A DNA stretch of 64,000 bases from Guillardia theta CCMP2712 (Eukaryota > Protista > Cryptophyta), in assembly GCF_000315625.1 (NCBI RefSeq), contig NW_005434605.1, positions 300,407-364,406 of the forward strand. The letters are read 5' to 3'. Below, piece by piece: positions 62,352-64,000 of the stretch (within the stretch, counting starts at the first letter, position 1; the number at the start of each line of letters is the position of its first letter). Under the pieces are notes generated by a model. That model saw only the letters and a list, made by a program, of their open reading frames with translations. It did not search any database and had not been told where the DNA came from. The translations under genes and the position numbers were made by a program.

Positions 62352-64000
62352 ATGGGAGGAAAGATCGGGAAGCTTCTCCTTGCATCCACGTTGCTCCCCG
62401 GGTTCGCCGGCATGACCTGCTGGGCGAGCGACCAGAGGAGGGGAAACGCTGTGATCCTGTCCCGCGACTACGAGAGGCTGGAGACGCTGGGAGCGCAAGG
62501 ATCCCTCATGAGGGGGCACGAGGTGACCGGCAAGGCCCGCTGGCTTGGAGGGTGGAGGCTTGCAGCGGGGGTTTCTTATGAAGTGCTGCCGGAAACGGGG
62601 AGCATGCGTGTGACGTGTAGCCGGGAGTCAGGGTGTGGGACAGACTTCTCGAGGGAGGACAGGCAGGTGAAGGTACCCCGAGCATGCTGCAGTTGCTTGA
62701 CCTTCCCCGTGCAGAGAGAAATTTGGAGTTGGCAAGGGCTGGTGATGATGAACGTGACGCTGCCAGGTGACGTCCCGTACATCCTTAAGGTCTATGGAAG
62801 TGCTCCAGAGCATCGGAAGGTGGGCGCAAGCGCAGGGCACCCCGAGCCGTTCCTTGCCTGTCCCATCGTTGTGTCCGAGAGCAAAAAAGTAGTAGGGAAA
62901 CACTCACCCGCCTCCATGGTGCTGGTGGGAGGATGCCAGGTAAGAGGGGGGGTTGGCTCTTTCTGGGGGTTCTGATGCCCCTGTCTGCTTGCTAGTCTCC
63001 TCTCTCAGAGGACGGGAGCTTCGTCTCTACCTCCGCCTTCCGCACGCAGCAGGGATTGTTCACCAGGTCTCGGAGGACGCAAGTCTGCGGGGCCTTTGGC
63101 GATGACGACCCGCGCGCAGGTTTCACGTAGGAGTTCTCTTCAACGATCGAGCGAAGCAAGGAGATTCTTTCACGGTGGTCGACATGATCCTTCAAGTTGT
63201 CTTCGCGTTCCAGCCGGAAAACATCCAGATCGAACCAAAGAAGTTCTACGAGGACTCAAACCTGCTGGCACGTGGAAGAGAGGTTGCCTCGGGATTGCGC
63301 TGATGAGACGTTCCAGTCGGAGGCCGCGCGGGGAGAAAGGAACGAGCCAATCGACAAGCAATACATCGAGCTGCTGGCTGGCAGTTTCGCTTGCCCGGAC
63401 ATCATATCGTTGACGAGACGCCAGGTTGAGGTGCAGGTAGAGCAGGAGGAGGGGACCTTGTTCAAGGTCTCAAGGGTTGCTTTGTCTGCAGGAGATGTAT
63501 GACGGACTAGTGACAAGACTGAGGGGAACTACTCGACCGCTGCATTTCTACTCCTTCTACGGCCGAACCAGCAGGTGTCGTCACTCCATTCCTCCTCCCC
63601 CTCCTCAGGAGATTGATCCTCTCCAGCCACGATTGGGATCAGATCGTACGTATGCACGTTGGGAACTTGGGATACAAGGTGTCCCACCTCCTCCTCCTCC
63701 TCCTACTTCCGCTCCTTCTGAGCAAAGCGATCAGAGGGGAGACAGGGTCTTCGAAGCTGGATGTGCAGCAGGAGCTTTTCTTGAATCTATTGCTCGCCAG
63801 GTGCGGGCAGTCTCCTGTTCCCAGCTCCTCGTGACCTGGCGTGACCTTGATGCAGTACGGGTCCTACGTGGCTGGAGTCGACATTGCTGGCGCTTTGATC
63901 AATGTGATCCTCCCCCCCTGCGTGATGTTGGCTGACGCCAGACGCGCAGATAGCGCGTAGTCGCGTCCCGGGGCATTTTTGTGTGGCTGTGAGCTGAGTT
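62352..64000 (+). CDS. Signal-peptide class I SAM methyltransferase, runs off the window
   Basis: MGGKIGKLLLASTLLPGFAG leader; motif I in RGDRVFEAGCAAGAFL..VAGVDI. Confidence 0.7.

Overview
Gene-dense eukaryotic nuclear DNA, not prokaryotic. It has many short (~45-60 nt) GT-AG introns, longer introns filled with microsatellites, and two assembly gaps (40832-40931, 44724-45639). Composition, intron style and signal-peptide+Phe leaders suggest a cryptophyte alga such as Guillardia theta (inference). About 27 genes can be read. Confident calls are RPT4/PSMC6, RPS6, RPL10A, mitochondrial uS10, PRP18, THOC6, ECO1, a SNAP25-family SNARE, AVL9, an SK-like K+ channel, an aldo/keto reductase, a PfkB kinase, ankyrin and WD40 proteins, a TPR-glycosyltransferase and two methyltransferases. 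A degenerate repeat island occupies ~13-18.2 kb. The most notable observations are: (1) an APE1L-type AP endonuclease fused to a small GNAT acetyltransferase domain; (2) a Gemin8-like ORF whose 5' coding part abuts, and can be spliced in frame to, the uS10m last exon; (3) a hidden 5-exon, 75-aa microprotein gene; (4) a strand-oriented GGGTA promoter motif that flips in the middle of a bidirectional promoter; (5) three related CpG-rich intergenic islands; (6) an AKR carrying a degenerate 2OG-oxygenase-like N-terminal domain; (7) long structured first introns in two ribosomal-protein genes sharing a 13-mer. Exon boundaries were read by eye, and family assignments come from motif recognition, not database searches.
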